The notes: a model not told the origin generated them from the letters alone. DNA of 64,000 bases from Candidatus Kapaibacterium sp. (GCA_963665665.1 OY762428.1:3328001-3392000); one strand, 5' to 3'; counted from the stretch's first letter, positions 1-10,975 are shown. Program-made: numbers and translations.

Positions 1-1
1 T

Positions 2-865
2 AAACTGAAACCCGGTAAGATTCAGTATTCAGCCATGTGCTACAAGGACGGCGGAATTGTTGATGACCTTCTTGTTTATTGCATGGAAGATTATTACATG
101 CTGGTTGTAAATGCCGCCAATCTTGATAAAGATTACGATTGGGTAATGGAAAATGCAGAAGGCATGGATGTTGAGATAACAAATGTTTCAGATGAAATAT
201 CCCTTCTCGCAGTTCAGGGGCCTAAATCACTTGATACACTCCGCAAAATTGCAGAAACTGAAATGGATGATATCGAATTTTATAACTATAAGTTCGGTAA
301 GCTTGCCGGCCATGACATGATCCTTTCCAGGACAGGATACACCGGAGAACTCGGTTATGAATTATATTTCCGTGGAAATGAAGCAGACGCGGAAAAGATT
401 TGGAATGCTATATTCGAAGCCGGCGAAGAATTCGGAATAGAACCCGTTGGCCTGGGTGCAAGAGACACTCTCCGCCTGGAAAAAGCATACATGCTTTATG
501 GCAATGATATTGACCAGACAACAAATACACTCGAAGCAGGCCTGGGCTGGATAACCAAGCTTGCAAAAGGCGAATTCAATGCAAGCGACGTACTTGCCAA
601 AGTGAAAGAAGAAGGACTTAAACGTCGCCTGGTTGGTTTTACTATGCAGTCTGAAAAGTTAATCCCGCGCCACAACTATAAAATTTTCAAAGGCGATGAA
701 GAGATAGGTTATGTTACCAGCGGTAACCTTTCACCAATGCTTGAAAAACCAATTGGCCTTGGATATGTAAGGATCGATCAGAAAGAAGTTGGAAATATTA
801 TTGAAATCGAAGCCAGGAAAAAACGCTGGCCTGCTGAAATAATCAAACTTCCTTTTGTTAAGTAA
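2..865 (+). CDS. gcvT: Glycine cleavage system aminomethyltransferase T (5'-truncated by window edge)
   Basis: GGIVDDL, VVNAAN, SRTGYTGELGYE, GLGARDTLRLE motifs; frame open from position 2. Confidence 0.95.
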   Translation, partial: KLKPGKIQYSAMCYKDGGIVDDLLVYCMEDYYMLVVNAANLDKDYDWVMENAEGMDVEITNVSDEISLLAVQGPKSLDTLRKIAETEMDDIEFYNYKFGKLAGHDMILSRTGYTGELGYELYFRGNEADAEKIWNAIFEAGEEFGIEPVGLGARDTLRLEKAYMLYGNDIDQTTNTLEAGLGWITKLAKGEFNASDVLAKVKEEGLKRRLVGFTMQSEKLIPRHNYKIFKGDEEIGYVTSGNLSPMLEKPIGLGYVRIDQKEVGNIIEIEARKKRWPAEIIKLPFVK

Positions 866-970
866 TTTTTCCAAAATTTTGACATCAGGAATCAACGTGA
901 TTTTCAAAATCTTAGTTTTTGATTATTCCGATTCAGTTTCCGACCTCTGCCAAAAACAAGAGTTGTGTGA

Positions 971-1106
971 AGCTCTCCCCGAAGGGGGAGGGCTTTGCAG
1001 CTATGGCGATGTCTCTTTATTTAAATATTTACGATTTGGCATTCTGAAGCGTTGTGAAGAATCCAGTATTTTTTCGGATTATTGATTCTTCGCTGTGCTC
1101 AGAATG
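971..1106. repeat. REP-like palindromes (CTCCCCGAAGGGGGAGGGCTTTG hairpin plus CATTCTGA...GAAGAATC/GATTCTTC...TCAGAATG element)
   Basis: Inverted repeats visible; related copies at 30397-30487, 34518-34545, 61558-62439 and 63988-64000. Confidence 0.7.
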
Positions 1107-1155
1107 ATAATTTTTCTCCCTTTTAAGACACACCCTTTGGGGTGGTCAGGCATGA

Positions 1156-1229
1156 TAATATTTTATTGTTCAGATATGTTGATGTAGTAAAAAATTATTA
1201 ATATAAACGACATATTATTTTATGGCGTT
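1156..1229 (+). repeat. Dispersed ~75-bp intergenic element, copy A
   Basis: ATTGTTCAGATAT core with aligned flanks also at 17342-17411 (+) and 34404-34476 (-). Confidence 0.7.
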
Positions 1230-1280
1230 GTTCTTCTAACCCTTTAATTTATAGTTCCCGCATCAGAGGTTCTTAATCTA

Positions 1281-2243
1281 TTATTTGAAGTAAGAATTTA
1301 TCCGGATAGTCACATTCTCTTTCAGGTTATTGAAGAAAAAACTATAATCCAGCTTATGATATACACCCGTTGGAAACGGAGCTGAACTATATACCGCAGG
1401 ATCAGGTGTTCCGGCTATTAGTGCGCCATTTTCGTCAATCCGGGCATCTGTAAAATTATTGACAGTTGAATCAACTTCCCCGTTTGCATTAAAAAATACA
1501 GCCCCGGTATTTAATTCTTTGGGAGCATATTCATTTGTCCTTGTCCAGTTCAGAGGATTAACACAATTTGCTCCGGGCAATAGAACCGGAGAACCAAAAG
1601 CAGTTTCGGACTGAGTGTTGTATGTTATTATTACTCCTGTATCATCTGCGCATTCTGCAATTTTCAGCCAGTCACATTCGGAAAGGTCTTCATCGGTTAC
1701 GGAATATCCTATCAGATAAGCTGCTACGAGCTTCTTCATCAACTTGTCATTAGCAAATTTATCCTTTATCAATTGAATCAATATCTGTGATCCCTGGCTG
1801 TGTCCGGCCAAAATAAATGGCCTTCCGGCATTCAGGTTAGTAATATAATAATCAAAGGCACGCTCAATATCATTATAGCCGATTGAGTAGAAGGAATTTC
1901 TTTCTTCTGCATTTAAATATAGCCCATCCATTGACATCTGCCGGTAATAAGGAACATAAATATTACATTCCTCATAAAAAATACCGGTCTGCTTCGGTAT
2001 CACTGCCTGAACCAAACTTCTCATCTGATCATCATTAATATCCATATTTTTATTTTCCCGGCCTCCGAACAAAGTCGGATACACGTAAAATACATCAACT
2101 ACTTTATCAGCAACTGAAGGATTGGATGCCCAGTTATAATCATCCGAATAGTCAGGAGTCTGGACTGATTCTGTAGAATTATCACCACAGGAAACAGACA
2201 TGAGCAATATTAGTAAAAGTAAACGGATTATTGTAGTTCTCAT
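1281..2243 (-). CDS. DUF3089-family alpha/beta-hydrolase lipoprotein
   Basis: Lipobox VSC; DVFYVYPT, PYYRQ, GRPFILAGHSQGS (GxSxG), NCVNPLNW, YHKLDY. Confidence 0.85.
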   Translation of the reverse strand: MRTTIIRLLLLILLMSVSCGDNSTESVQTPDYSDDYNWASNPSVADKVVDVFYVYPTLFGGRENKNMDINDDQMRSLVQAVIPKQTGIFYEECNIYVPYYRQMSMDGLYLNAEERNSFYSIGYNDIERAFDYYITNLNAGRPFILAGHSQGSQILIQLIKDKFANDKLMKKLVAAYLIGYSVTDEDLSECDWLKIAECADDTGVIITYNTQSETAFGSPVLLPGANCVNPLNWTRTNEYAPKELNTGAVFFNANGEVDSTVNNFTDARIDENGALIAGTPDPAVYSSAPFPTGVYHKLDYSFFFNNLKENVTIRINSYFK

Positions 2244-2245
2244 AT

Positions 2246-3031
2246 TTATCCAGTATTAGTTGTTTCATTCTTCCTTAAAATCCAGGTAGAACAGATCATA
2301 TCATTCTCAATTAATTTGCATTCCTCAATCTGGTTGGCCATATACCGGTCAAATAAGTCAATACTCCCGGGAAATTGTTCTTTTAATTCGGATATTCTGT
2401 TATTTATGCATTCGTTATTATAATTATTTATCGATTTTATTTTATCGATATCCCAGTATATTTTATCAACTACCTGAAGTGGTGATTCTCTCATTTGCCA
2501 TAAAAGCTCTTTTTCCGTGGGTAAACCTTCTAATCGGGGTTTGCCTTCAGGAGTACATGCAATTTCCATGATACAGTATCCATTCGCATCAATACATTTT
2601 ATTAAGCGGGATATTGTTTCACTAACATTTCCAAGAATTTCAGAATCATATCCATAAAGAACTAAATCATACTTATCTTCTTTGTCTATATATTCTAAAA
2701 TATTACCGGTATGAAATTCAAGCCGGTTATCAAATAACTTTTCAGCAGATACTTTATCAGCAGCTTCAATAAATTCCGGAACAATATCAATTCCCGTGCC
2801 CTGGAAATTCAGCCTTTCAGCAAGATATAAAAGTACAGCTCCCTTTCCGCAGCCAAAATCAATAATTTTTTTTATACTAAGGCTATCTGTATTCCGCTCA
2901 ACAAGGCGGTAAATATATTCAGGAATGCTGCCAAGCTCCGAAAGATCCTGCAGGGAATATGGTATGAATTTTTCCATTTCCTCATCTATCAGGTCAAGTG
3001 AGTCCAGAAATTCTTTATTTGAATTTTCCAC
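2246..3031 (-). CDS. Class I SAM-dependent methyltransferase
   Basis: IIDFGCGKG motif I; GIDI. Confidence 0.85.
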   Translation of the reverse strand: MENSNKEFLDSLDLIDEEMEKFIPYSLQDLSELGSIPEYIYRLVERNTDSLSIKKIIDFGCGKGAVLLYLAERLNFQGTGIDIVPEFIEAADKVSAEKLFDNRLEFHTGNILEYIDKEDKYDLVLYGYDSEILGNVSETISRLIKCIDANGYCIMEIACTPEGKPRLEGLPTEKELLWQMRESPLQVVDKIYWDIDKIKSINNYNNECINNRISELKEQFPGSIDLFDRYMANQIEECKLIENDMICSTWILRKNETTNTG

Positions 3032-3275
3032 GGTTCTCCATACTATTATCGATCATTCAATTTTTAGAAAATACAAAAAAATCCAATATAATTTTTAGAG
3101 GTCTGGCAACGTCTCTTAAAGTGTAAAAACTTTTGGATATTTGAAAAAATAACAAAATTTTAATTTAAATAATTGCAAAACAATTTGTATTATGGGCACA
3201 GCGAAGGATAAATATATCCATGATAACGGGATGATGATAAAATAAGTTTGATAAATTGACTAATATCAGGTTGCC

Positions 3276-3743
3276 ATGGCGAATCCTTTAAAAATATTGA
3301 TACTTCAAAACAGCGATCTTAGAAGAAAGCTTTTTGTCAGATATTTTGAAAATACCTCAGGATTTGATGTTGATTCCTGCTTAACCCCTGATGAAGCCTT
3401 TGAAAAACTCAGTTCGAATAATTACGATATTTTCTTTATCAGCCGGGGCGTTGATACTGAAACTTATGAAAAGAATAAGGAAAGTTTCAGCAACCTGCCA
3501 CTCGAATTCCGCCCGTTCAACGGAGAATCATTTGTCAGGGAAAAGAGAAAAATTTTGAAACCGGATACTCTGGTATTCATGGATACTGATATTATATCAA
3601 TGGAAGGCCTGTCGATTTTTTACAGGGCCGGTGTTGATTATGTGTTTACGAAACTAGAGATAGACGATAAAACTCCCGGATTGATAAGAGATATTTATTT
3701 CAGGCAAATTGAAGAACTAAAGAATATTTCTGATGAAAAGTAA
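3276..3743 (+). CDS. Degenerate CheY-like receiver-domain protein
   Basis: KILIL..., EAFEKL...YDIFF, AGVDYVFTK layout, but acidic pocket and phospho-Asp missing. Confidence 0.6.
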   Translation: MANPLKILILQNSDLRRKLFVRYFENTSGFDVDSCLTPDEAFEKLSSNNYDIFFISRGVDTETYEKNKESFSNLPLEFRPFNGESFVREKRKILKPDTLVFMDTDIISMEGLSIFYRAGVDYVFTKLEIDDKTPGLIRDIYFRQIEELKNISDEK

Positions 3744-3817
3744 TATTAACTATTTTTTGTAAAACGGTCGAAGATAATTTGAAAGAACAAGGTTTTGTTA
3801 AGATAATCGGGAAAAAT

Positions 3818-4273
3818 ATGCAGGAAGAAATAAAAATTTTGATACTCGAAAGCATGGACATTACGAGAAAGCTTTACGGCAGGTACTTTGAAAATAACGG
3901 AAATTTCATAGTAGATACATGCAGGAATTCTGATGAAGCAGCCGAAAAACTAAGCCGGCAAAAATACGACATTCTTTTCAGCTGCAGGGTTACCGACCCC
4001 AAATCATACAAGAAGATCAGGGAAAGATATGATGACCTGATCCTTGATTTTCGCTACTTCGACGGCGAGATATTTATAATGGACAATATTGAGATTTTAA
4101 AACCCGGCACACTGATCATTCTGTATTCCGACACAGTATCCTGGGACGGTACAACGGGGTTTTACAAATGCGGAATAGATTACCTGCTTACAAGGAATGA
4201 AATATGCGAAACCACACCCGAGCTGATAAAGAACCTTTACACGGCCAGATACAGCAGGGCACTAACGGCGTGA
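3818..4273 (+). CDS. Degenerate CheY-like receiver-domain protein, paralogue of 3276..3743
   Basis: Aligns throughout with the upstream ORF (RKL..RYFEN, EKLS..YDI, ILKP.TL, TP.LI); ATG at 3818 preferred. Confidence 0.6.
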   Translation: MQEEIKILILESMDITRKLYGRYFENNGNFIVDTCRNSDEAAEKLSRQKYDILFSCRVTDPKSYKKIRERYDDLILDFRYFDGEIFIMDNIEILKPGTLIILYSDTVSWDGTTGFYKCGIDYLLTRNEICETTPELIKNLYTARYSRALTA

Positions 4274-4357
4274 ATGAATCAATCGACTAATTGGTCTGTA
4301 GGCTGTCTTTTAATAGCATAACAAGCATTTTATTTTATAATTTTTTATTATCGATGA

Positions 4358-4461
4358 ACCACCCCTTTAATCACCTCCACGGGATGGGAATTAACTCCAT
4401 GATATTCATAGAATAAGGATATTCCCCTCCGGCGGAGGGGTGCCCGAAGGGCGGGGTGGTG
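4358..4461. repeat. REP/BIME-like GC-rich palindrome cluster
   Basis: ACCACCCC...CCCCTCCGGCGGAGGGG...GGGGTGGT inverted repeats between convergent genes. Confidence 0.6.
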
Positions 4462-4613
4462 TAAAATACTTTTAGAATAAAGAAACATCACGTTTTTGCA
4501 TTTAAAATTTGTCCCACGATCTTGGGTACCAAAGGATATTTTTCAAAATCACCAATTCAAACCCAACTTTAGATCATTCTCAAATCTTCCAAACAAATTA
4601 TTTTCCAATCTCT

Positions 4614-5777
4614 TTATCCTTTCTTTTTCACCCTTATACCAAAAATAAGCAGCAGGGAGGAAAGGATAATTAGTATTAATGCGGAAATTTGGAAGGCTCC
4701 GGCTACTTCGTGCCTGTCTATCAGGGGCTGGGCTATTATAGGCGACATAAACATCCCCAGGAATGTAAACGAGGATACCAGGCTGACCATCCTGCCGCGC
4801 ATTGCCGGGGCCGTAATGCTCATCATCCATAAATTGCCCGAAGGCATCAGCAGTCCGGCGCCACCGCCTACCAGAACAAGTGATATAATTGCCTCGATGT
4901 AACTGCTACTAAGTGACTCTGCAAAGTACCCCAGTCCCATAAATGCAAATGCAAGGGCATATATAAAGGGATAAATCAGGCGCTTCTTTATCCTGCCGTA
5001 ATTATAAGCCACAATGGAAGACATCAGTGTGGAAAATGATATTGCCAGGCCCGTCATTGTGTTGGTGACGCCCTCCATTTTAGCAAGGTAATAGGGCATC
5101 TGCACGGGCATCAGGTAGAAATATACTATTCCCGTGAATACAAGGAACAAAATCAGTACAATCTTCCCCACAGGCAGTTTACCGCCGGATGAAACCTCCG
5201 AATCATATTCGCTTACTTCCGGCTCGAATAGAAATGCCATAACCATGAATAGTACCGGAACTGAAAAAGCATAGATTAGAAAGGGCATACGCCATTCAAT
5301 ATCGGTCAGCCAGCCGGAAAGAGAAATGAAAAATACTCCGCCAAATCCTATGAAAGACCCCTGCACACCCATAAAGCGATTCCTTTCATCTCCTTTGAAG
5401 TAATCACCCACAAGAGTGGAAGATACCGTCATGATCCCGGAAATTGCCACCCCAAGCAGAAGCCTGCCGCCAAGAATCAGGTAGAGATCGTTCAGGAAAA
5501 AGCCCGAACAGCCCCCGATGCAATATATTATCAGAGAGCTTATCAATACCATTTTTCTGCCGAACCTGTCAATAATAAAACCGGCAAGGGGCGAGAAAAA
5601 CACCACCGGCAGCGCCGGAATTGTAATAATAAGCCTTACCAGCAGGTCGGCATTTTCAATATGCCCGAAGTTGGTGTTTATCTGTGGAAGGGCAGGTGAT
5701 ACAACCGCTCCTGCCATCATGGTCATCATGCTGCTCAGCAGCAGTGTCAGCTTCAGTAATTTATTTTTATTGCCCAT
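4614..5777 (-). CDS. MFS transporter
   Basis: About 12 hydrophobic segments; GFIIDRFGRK motif A. Confidence 0.9.
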   Translation of the reverse strand: MGNKNKLLKLTLLLSSMMTMMAGAVVSPALPQINTNFGHIENADLLVRLIITIPALPVVFFSPLAGFIIDRFGRKMVLISSLIIYCIGGCSGFFLNDLYLILGGRLLLGVAISGIMTVSSTLVGDYFKGDERNRFMGVQGSFIGFGGVFFISLSGWLTDIEWRMPFLIYAFSVPVLFMVMAFLFEPEVSEYDSEVSSGGKLPVGKIVLILFLVFTGIVYFYLMPVQMPYYLAKMEGVTNTMTGLAISFSTLMSSIVAYNYGRIKKRLIYPFIYALAFAFMGLGYFAESLSSSYIEAIISLVLVGGGAGLLMPSGNLWMMSITAPAMRGRMVSLVSSFTFLGMFMSPIIAQPLIDRHEVAGAFQISALILIILSSLLLIFGIRVKKKG

Positions 5778-6140
5778 ATATTAGAAAAACATCTTTAATT
5801 TTTTGCGCTAATCCTACAATGGTTAAAGATATAAAAATATTTCGGATATTTCTCATTTAGGGCGGCAAAGTATTGCAGTTTTAGCCTCCCGAATAAATTC
5901 ATTTGTTCAGAAGTTGCAAATTTACCCTTTAAGTTCCAAATTTTAAGCATTTTCTGCTGCCTGAAATCGAAGTATATATAATTGGATACAACTTTTCGAA
6001 CAAAACAATATATACTTTATAAATCATTGATATACTACTTGCTTTTTTTATTGGCGGGTATCGTTTTAAGTGTTATATTAATGGTTTGAAAATAATATTT
6101 ATTAATTGAACGGATTATTGAACGACCGAACAGGTGAAAG

Positions 6141-7688
6141 ATGAATACAAATATTGATAACTTTGCCCTGACAAACCAAATATCACAAATGACTGGTAAA
6201 AGCAGGAATGAGTTTACACGCGATGACCTGATTGATGTCATCATTAAAAAAGGGATTGAAAGAATTACTTTTAATTACACTGGTATTGACGGGAAAATCA
6301 AAGAATTGAGAATACCAATCTGCAGCCGACAGCAGGCCGAAGTTATTCTTACCGAAGGCGAAAGGGTGGACGGATCCTCATTATTCAAGGGTATGATAGA
6401 CCCCGGAAAATCCGATCTATATGTTATTCCTGTTTACAAAACAGCCTTTATAAATCCTTTCGATGAAAAAAGCCTTAATATGGTTTGCCGTTTCTTAACT
6501 CCCGAGGGCGAACTCGCTGATTTTGCACCTGACAATATACTCGCAAAAGCTGCCGGCGAAATCAAGAAGAAAACAGGAATGGAACTTCATGCCCTGGGAG
6601 AATTGGAATTCTACCTTATGAGCGATCCTGAGAACCGCTCATTCCCTATGCCAAAACAAAAAGGATACCATGCAAGTGCCCCTTATGTAAAATCAGGGCA
6701 TATCCTGAACGAAATGCTCCACCATATTGCGATGATCAGCGGGAACGTGAAATATGCTCACAACGAAGTCGGATTCCTGGATGATGTAAAAAGCGACCAT
6801 AAAGAAATAAACGGCAAAATGGCTCAGCAGGTGGAAATTGAATTTCTGCCCACACCTATCGAAGATACCGGTGATATTCTTGTCCTGTCGCGCTGGATAA
6901 TCAGAAACGTGGCTTTCAGGCATAACTGTGTTGCAACATTTGTTCCAAAACTTGAGATTGGACATGCCGGAACTGGTATGCATGTACACATGATGCTGAA
7001 AAAAGACGGCAAAAATGTAATGGTTGATTCCGACGGAGAACTCAGCGATATAGCTAAAAATGTTATTGGCGGCCTTTGCCACTATGCTACAAGCATCAGT
7101 GCTTTCGGGAATATGGTTTCAGCATCATACCTGCGTCTGGTGCCACATCAGGAAGCGCCCACGAAAGTATGCTGGAGCGCTATGAACCGCTCAGCTCTTG
7201 TTCGTGTGCCACTTGGATGGAATAATGTATGTAACCTGACAAATATTGTAAATCCGAAGCAACCGGATATTTCAAAGACTATTGATTCAAGGCAGACCGT
7301 GGAACTGAGAAGCCCCGACGGAAGCTGTAATTCACATTTATTACTGGCTGCAATAGCAAGCGCCGTGAACTGGGGACTTACAAACGGCAAGGAATCTCTT
7401 GCCAATGCCAAAAATTCACATGTTGTTGGAAATATTCACGACAGCCAGGTATGCTCTGATCTGCCGGAACTGCCTACAAGCTGCGAGGAATCTGCTGAAA
7501 TTCTCCTGCAACATCGCGATCTGTATGAAGAAAGCGGAATGTTCCCGGCAAATGTAATTTCCTATATTGCTTCAGTTCTGAAGAATGAAAATGATGCGGA
7601 ACTTAACAAACGCCTTATGTCGCTTCCTGATGAAGAAAAGCTCCAGGAATCCCGCAGGATAATGCACAGGGATATCCACAGGAATTAA
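6141..7688 (+). CDS. glnA: Glutamine synthetase family protein
   Basis: VDGSS, ELEFY, HNEV, GTGMHVH, SYLRLVPHQEAP, NRSALVRVP, VELRSPD. Confidence 0.9.
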   Translation: MNTNIDNFALTNQISQMTGKSRNEFTRDDLIDVIIKKGIERITFNYTGIDGKIKELRIPICSRQQAEVILTEGERVDGSSLFKGMIDPGKSDLYVIPVYKTAFINPFDEKSLNMVCRFLTPEGELADFAPDNILAKAAGEIKKKTGMELHALGELEFYLMSDPENRSFPMPKQKGYHASAPYVKSGHILNEMLHHIAMISGNVKYAHNEVGFLDDVKSDHKEINGKMAQQVEIEFLPTPIEDTGDILVLSRWIIRNVAFRHNCVATFVPKLEIGHAGTGMHVHMMLKKDGKNVMVDSDGELSDIAKNVIGGLCHYATSISAFGNMVSASYLRLVPHQEAPTKVCWSAMNRSALVRVPLGWNNVCNLTNIVNPKQPDISKTIDSRQTVELRSPDGSCNSHLLLAAIASAVNWGLTNGKESLANAKNSHVVGNIHDSQVCSDLPELPTSCEESAEILLQHRDLYEESGMFPANVISYIASVLKNENDAELNKRLMSLPDEEKLQESRRIMHRDIHRN

Positions 7689-7754
7689 TTTTGAGTGCAG
7701 TAATTTATCAGTATTCAAATTAATATAAAAAATTAAGCGATTCAGAAAAATCCG

Positions 7755-7815
7755 GCCCTCCCCGAATCCTGTAAATGATATTTACCATGGAATTTGTTGG
7801 AAGGGCTTTTTTTTT
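7755..7815 (+). terminator. Probable intrinsic terminator after glnA
   Basis: GCCCTCCCC...GGAAGGGC stem followed by T-run. Confidence 0.5.
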
Positions 7816-8054
7816 AAATAGTAATTCTAATAGACATAATCTTTCTGAATGGTAATATGTTTTTTCGAACAAGCTCTGCTGCCGGATGCTTTTATATCCT
7901 ATATTATTGGGAGATTTTAATACATTTTATTATATTGAAAATTCGATTGATACGAGGTAAAGGTAAAGGCGTTTTACCCGGGACGATTTTTTTACAGCGC
8001 TGCTCCTTCCGTCTGTCAATCAGGTAAGAAAATTGGTGATTTTACAAAAGGAAA

Positions 8055-9758
8055 ATGATGAAAAGAAGTACATCTGTTCTAATTGCAATTGGCCTGTTTT
8101 TAGGTATTGGAAGCGCCTACTCCCAGGTTTTTCCCGATGCCGGCAGGTTTTCGGGAAACTTCCAGGTGGATGCGCAATACTACCAGAAAGACAATGAAAT
8201 CGGTGCTGAAACTGTCCCGGAAGAAAAAATTCTTTCTAATTCATTCTTTAATCTGATTTATAATTTAAACTCTTTTGAAGTTGGTTTCAGATATGAATCA
8301 TATCTTGGGCCGATTTCCGGATTCGATCCCCGCTACGAAGGTAACGGCATTTCTTACCGATATGCTACCTACAGGTCGGATATTATTGATATAACAGCCG
8401 GAAATTTTTATGAGCAGTTCGGAAGCGGTATGATATTCAGGGCATACGAGGAAAGACAGCTTGGATATGACAACGCGATGGATGGTGTTAAAGTTAAGTT
8501 GCGTCCGGTTGACGGCCTGACATTGACGGGTATTATCGGCAAGCAGAGAAATTTCTGGGATCTGGGTAAGGGTCTTGTACGCGGAGCTGACGCGGAATTC
8601 GCGCTGACTGATGTTGTAACGGGACTGGTTCCTGATGAATATTCAATCAATCTCGGAGCCAGTGTTATTTCTAAGTATGAAGATTCTGTTTCAACACAAT
8701 ATGTTTTGCCGGCAAATACACTTGCTTATGCATTGAGAACCGGTATTTTCGGCCCTTCATTTAATGTTGATGCCGAATATGCATACAAGTACAACGACCC
8801 GCATGCTTCTAACCGCTACAGTTATAATCCCGGTCAGGCATTACTTTTAAATGCTTCTTATTTTACCAGAGGGCTTGGTGTGGCGCTTAATCTTCACCGT
8901 GTTGATAATATGGATTTCCGCAGTGAGCGCGGGGCTACATCAAACAGCCTGCTGATTAATTTTATTCCTCCGCTGACCAAACAGCAAACATACAGGCTTG
9001 CTACTGTTTATCCATTCTCGACACAGCTAAATGGCGAAGTGGGAGCACAGGCGGAAATTACTTATAAAATTCCGAAAAAAACACTTCTTGGCGGAAAATA
9101 CGGAACTAATTTAAGCTTTAACTTTTCAGTGATTAAAGCTATTGATTCAACTGCAACAATGATGGATACAGTTAACCACCGTGCACTGGAATATGATGCA
9201 CCCTTCTTCAGTACCGGCGACAGGACTTTCTTCAGGGATCTGAACTTTGCTATCGAGAAAAAATGGAATAAAGAACTGAAAACGAAATTTACATACATAA
9301 ATCAAACTTATGACCGTGATATTGTTGAAAATATGGGGGCTGCCAAATACGGGCAGGTAAAAACGAATATCGCAATTGCTGAAATTCAGTACAAGCTGTC
9401 CAGAACCAACACCATCAGAACAGAGATCCAGCACCTTTGGGCAAGCCAGGATTCAGCAATTACCGAGCAGGATTATACTTATGGCAACTGGCTTGTGGTG
9501 CTTGCCGAATATACTATTTCTCCTTCATTCTATTTTTCCGTATGGGATGAATTCAATTATTTCGACGAGGAAAAATACGGCGAAACTATCGACCGCAGCC
9601 TTCACTACCTGAATGCTTCTTTTGCTTATGTTCACGAAGCCACAAGGGTGTCAATCGGTTACGGACGCCAGCGCGAAGGCCTTCTTTGCGTAGGCGGGGT
9701 TTGCAGGCAGGTTCCGGCTTCAAACGGATTCTTCCTTTCGGTAACAAGTTCCTTCTGA
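8055..9758 (+). CDS. DUF6029-like outer-membrane beta-barrel protein
   Basis: Signal peptide; ITAGNFYEQFGSG; C-terminal GLLCVGGVCRQVPASNG...F. Confidence 0.8.
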   Translation: MMKRSTSVLIAIGLFLGIGSAYSQVFPDAGRFSGNFQVDAQYYQKDNEIGAETVPEEKILSNSFFNLIYNLNSFEVGFRYESYLGPISGFDPRYEGNGISYRYATYRSDIIDITAGNFYEQFGSGMIFRAYEERQLGYDNAMDGVKVKLRPVDGLTLTGIIGKQRNFWDLGKGLVRGADAEFALTDVVTGLVPDEYSINLGASVISKYEDSVSTQYVLPANTLAYALRTGIFGPSFNVDAEYAYKYNDPHASNRYSYNPGQALLLNASYFTRGLGVALNLHRVDNMDFRSERGATSNSLLINFIPPLTKQQTYRLATVYPFSTQLNGEVGAQAEITYKIPKKTLLGGKYGTNLSFNFSVIKAIDSTATMMDTVNHRALEYDAPFFSTGDRTFFRDLNFAIEKKWNKELKTKFTYINQTYDRDIVENMGAAKYGQVKTNIAIAEIQYKLSRTNTIRTEIQHLWASQDSAITEQDYTYGNWLVVLAEYTISPSFYFSVWDEFNYFDEEKYGETIDRSLHYLNASFAYVHEATRVSIGYGRQREGLLCVGGVCRQVPASNGFFLSVTSSF

Positions 9759-9823
9759 TGTAACTATTGTGTAATATAACGGTCTGTTAGATAGAATAAA
9801 AAACAAAAATAGAAAGATAATAA

Positions 9824-10699
9824 ATGAAAAGATATATAAATATACTCAGCCTGATGATGATAAGCGGAATGATTCTGCTATCATCATGCGACGAAGTTGA
9901 CCCGCCATACCTGAAATCCGGCGGCGGATTTGTAGATACAAACGAAGTGGTTCAGAAAATTCTTCTCGAAGAATTTACAGGTATGAAATGCGGCAACTGC
10001 CCAGCAGCACACAGGGAAGCAAAAAGGCTTTCCGATTACTATCCAGGAAGGATAATCCTTGTTGGCCTGCATGCAAAATTCTATGCAAAGCCTGATCCCA
10101 GTCACCCTCTTGACCTGAGGTGCGATGAATCTGAAGAACTGGAAACAAAGTACGGTGCTTTGCAGGCTGGCTTTCCCAAAGGAATGCTGAACAGAATGGA
10201 ACTTAACGGTAACGTTCTTCAGGATCCGGGAAACTGGGATACTGAAATCCCGGCTATTCTGAACCAGGAACCGCCAATGAGTATAGAACTTACTCCATCC
10301 TATGATGAGGCAACCCACGAAATATCTGTGGATGTGGATATTGAATATTTTAAAGCAGGCGAAACAACACATAATCTCTGTGTTTTCATCCTTGAGGATA
10401 ATATTGTAGGTTTCCAGACCGATGATGAAGCCACTCCTTCGGAAATTGAAGATTACGTTCACAGGCACGTACTTCGCGGCTCGATGAACGGAACCTGGGG
10501 CGAGGCTGTTTCTACAACAGCTCCGACAACTGGCGAAATGATAAATAAAACCGTTAAGTTTGTTATTCCCGAAGAAAACAGGCCCGGTGGTGAAAAAGAA
10601 TGGAATGTTGACAACCTGATTCTTGTTGCCTTTGTACATAATTATGACGGCAATTCGGTTGTACTCCAGGCCGAGGAAGCTCACCTTATTGAAGAATAA
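9824..10699 (+). CDS. Omp28-family thioredoxin-like lipoprotein
   Basis: Lipobox SSC; LLEEFTGMKCGNCP (CxxC); YVHRHVLR; LVAFV. Confidence 0.85.
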   Translation: MKRYINILSLMMISGMILLSSCDEVDPPYLKSGGGFVDTNEVVQKILLEEFTGMKCGNCPAAHREAKRLSDYYPGRIILVGLHAKFYAKPDPSHPLDLRCDESEELETKYGALQAGFPKGMLNRMELNGNVLQDPGNWDTEIPAILNQEPPMSIELTPSYDEATHEISVDVDIEYFKAGETTHNLCVFILEDNIVGFQTDDEATPSEIEDYVHRHVLRGSMNGTWGEAVSTTAPTTGEMINKTVKFVIPEENRPGGEKEWNVDNLILVAFVHNYDGNSVVLQAEEAHLIEE

Positions 10700-10724
10700 T
10701 TTTCTGTAAAAAACAATATTTTGT

Positions 10725-10762
10725 AACTGATCCAATGACTACAAGCATTGGATCAGTTTCTT
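10725..10762. terminator. Hairpin terminator between convergent genes
   Basis: AACTGATCCAATG...CATTGGATCAGTT stem. Confidence 0.6.
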
Positions 10763-10975
10763 TATAAGGCAAAAATAATCCCCGAAGCCCAATAAGGAAT
10801 CCGGGGAATAACGGGTATGAACCCTGAATTAAACTTAGTAGAGAATTCCGCGGAAAGCTGCATTTTTTGCTATCCGACTTTGCCTTATACTGTAATCTGT
10901 CAAATTCATTATCGATTAGCCCATGAAATCCGGGCCTTATGAATAAGAATTGTAAAGAAGAACATAATTCCTGCC

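Noticed and set aside
855-1085. Short ORFs over palindromic elements (also 43213-43682, 45759-45950)
   Set aside because: They run through REP-like hairpins or RHS remnants and have no coding signature
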